From: Candidatus Sulfobium sp.
Lineage (GTDB): Bacteria; Nitrospirota; Thermodesulfovibrionia; Thermodesulfovibrionales; UBA6898
Direction: 5' to 3'
DNA: 36,811 bases
NCBI GenBank assembly: GCA_040235385.1
Contig: JBECKU010000016.1
Location: forward strand, 1 to 36,811
Part shown: piece by piece, positions 35,712-36,811 of the stretch
Layout of the letters: each line of letters starts with the position of its first letter
Numbering within the stretch: the first letter of the stretch is position 1
The notes under the pieces: model-generated
Databases searched by the model: none
Told to the model about the DNA's origin: nothing
What the model saw: the letters and a program-made list of their open reading frames with translations, nothing else
Position numbers and translations under genes: made by a program

Positions 35712-36473
35712 ATGGTAACTGCCCTGACTATAGCAGGGTTCGATCCGTCCGGCGGGGCCGGACTCCAGGCGGACCTGAGAGTTTTTCATCTCTTCGGTGT
35801 CTATGGACTTTCGGTCGTCTCATCGCTGACTGCCCAGAATTCTTCCGGTGTCGATAGTGTGCTCCCGGTAGGTAATGCATTTGTGAAAAGGCAATTGACA
35901 GTCCTCATGTCGGACATGAGGCCCGACGCCGTCAAGACGGGTATGCTGCTCACGGAAGAGAATGTCGAGGTCGTATCCCATATTGTCAAAAGATATTCGC
36001 TGAGAAACGTTGTCGTCGACCCGGTTATGGTATCCTCAGGCGGCACGGCACTGTCGGAGAGAGGGACTCCTGAGGCCGTGCGGAAAATGTTATTACCCCT
36101 CTGCACGCTGATAACCCCTAATATCTCTGAGGCGGGTGTTCTTACGGGTCTTCCCGTCGGGAACAGGGCCGAAATGGAAAGGGCCGCTCTTAAGCTGGCC
36201 GATTACGGCTGCGAGAACGTGATCATTACTGGAGGGCACCTCGATAAGGTCGCGCTGGACGTAGTCTACACCGGAGACTTCCATTACCTGAGAAGCAGAA
36301 AAGTTGAGGGTGAATATCACGGCACGGGGTGCTTTTTTTCCGCTGCGCTCACCGCCCTGCTCGCCCGCGGTCACAGCGTGCCCGAAGCTGCTCGACTGGC
36401 AAAAAAATTCATGAATAAAGTTTTTACAAAAACTTTTACGCCCGGAAAAGGAATGCGCCTTTTCGGGATATAA
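35712..36473 (+). CDS. thiD: Hydroxymethylpyrimidine/phosphomethylpyrimidine kinase ThiD
   Basis: The N-terminus MVTALTIAGFDPSGGAGLQADL, plus KTGML, ITPN and GTGCFFSAAL, are typical of ThiD (PfkB fold). The track ORF begins upstream at TTG 35676. Confidence 0.9.
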   Translation: MVTALTIAGFDPSGGAGLQADLRVFHLFGVYGLSVVSSLTAQNSSGVDSVLPVGNAFVKRQLTVLMSDMRPDAVKTGMLLTEENVEVVSHIVKRYSLRNVVVDPVMVSSGGTALSERGTPEAVRKMLLPLCTLITPNISEAGVLTGLPVGNRAEMERAALKLADYGCENVIITGGHLDKVALDVVYTGDFHYLRSRKVEGEYHGTGCFFSAALTALLARGHSVPEAARLAKKFMNKVFTKTFTPGKGMRLFGI

Positions 36474-36594
36474 AATCATGATTTTATCCAGACATGCTCA
36501 ACGGTGCCGGCACTCCGGGGACTTTTCCCGAAGATGACGTAACCCTTCTTCACATCTAAAGATTTTTTAAAACTCTCTGTGGTAAAATGCAAAG

Positions 36595-36811
36595 ATGATC
36601 GAAGAAATCGGGGTAGTAAAGAGCGTTGAAGGCGTGTTGGCGAAGGTCGATGTTCCCAAGAAAAGCGCCTGCGAGGGCTGTACCGCCGGCACGTGCAAGC
36701 CCGATGAACAATGCATGGAGATCGAGGCGCTCAATCAGGCCGGCGCAAAAGTCGGACAAAGAGTAAAGATTACAGTTAAATCAATCACTTACATGAAGGG
36801 GACCTTGCTTG
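36595..36811 (+). CDS. RseC/MucC-family protein (SoxR-reducing-system type), 3'-truncated by the window end
   Basis: Manual translation from the ATG at 36595 gives MIEEIGVVKSVEGVLAKVDVPKKSACEGCTAGTCKPDEQCMEIEALNQAGAKVGQRVKITVKS... This matches the usual RseC N-terminal pattern of a beta-hairpin followed by a Cys-rich CxxC segment. It is not in the ORF track because no stop codon lies in the window. Confidence 0.55.
   Translation, partial: MIEEIGVVKSVEGVLAKVDVPKKSACEGCTAGTCKPDEQCMEIEALNQAGAKVGQRVKITVKSITYMKGTLL

Noticed and set aside
1-36811. Search for CRISPR arrays, tRNA/rRNA genes, transposases, integrases, toxin-antitoxin pairs and defence-island signatures.
   Set aside because: I saw no regularly spaced direct repeats. 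No ORF has recombinase, nuclease, ATPase or methylase defence-type motifs. No cloverleaf-like sequence lies in the intergenic gaps. The window reads as housekeeping and metabolic content.

Overview
This window looks like a core chromosomal segment of an anaerobe-type bacterium. The taxon cannot be assigned from the sequence alone. Almost all genes are on the + strand and densely packed. I found no rRNA, tRNA, CRISPR array, transposase, integrase, prophage or recognisable defence system, so I cannot point to an obvious novel system of that kind. Gene order: (1) a complete rnfCDGEAB operon with a terminator. (2) A small membrane ORF, two paralogous Zn-dependent alcohol dehydrogenases and a cupin. 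(3) System II cytochrome c biogenesis genes resB-ccsA, followed by a histidine kinase, a sigma-54-dependent response regulator and a stand-alone CheY-like receiver. (4) A tightly coupled SDR reductase, serine-palmitoyltransferase-like alpha-oxoamine synthase and 368-aa GNAT-like protein, with a convergent beta-ketoacyl synthase. (5) rodZ, tilS, coupled gltX-glnS, gpsA and an orphan larB. (6) A TPP riboswitch with an intrinsic terminator, driving thiS-thiG-(unknown membrane protein)-thiE-thiC-(adenylate-kinase-fold P-loop protein). (7) A roughly 135-bp structured inverted-repeat element. (8) A secreted M1 metallopeptidase fused to a ChaN/Tiki-like domain and a PDZ domain. (9) A repeat-containing lipoprotein on the - strand, thiD, and a 3'-truncated RseC-family gene. 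The items most worth follow-up are the candidate ceramide/sphingolipid-type lipid operon, the two unassigned genes embedded in the riboswitch-controlled thi operon, and the M1-ChaN-PDZ fusion. All functional calls rest on motifs I recognise by eye and on gene context. No database search was run.
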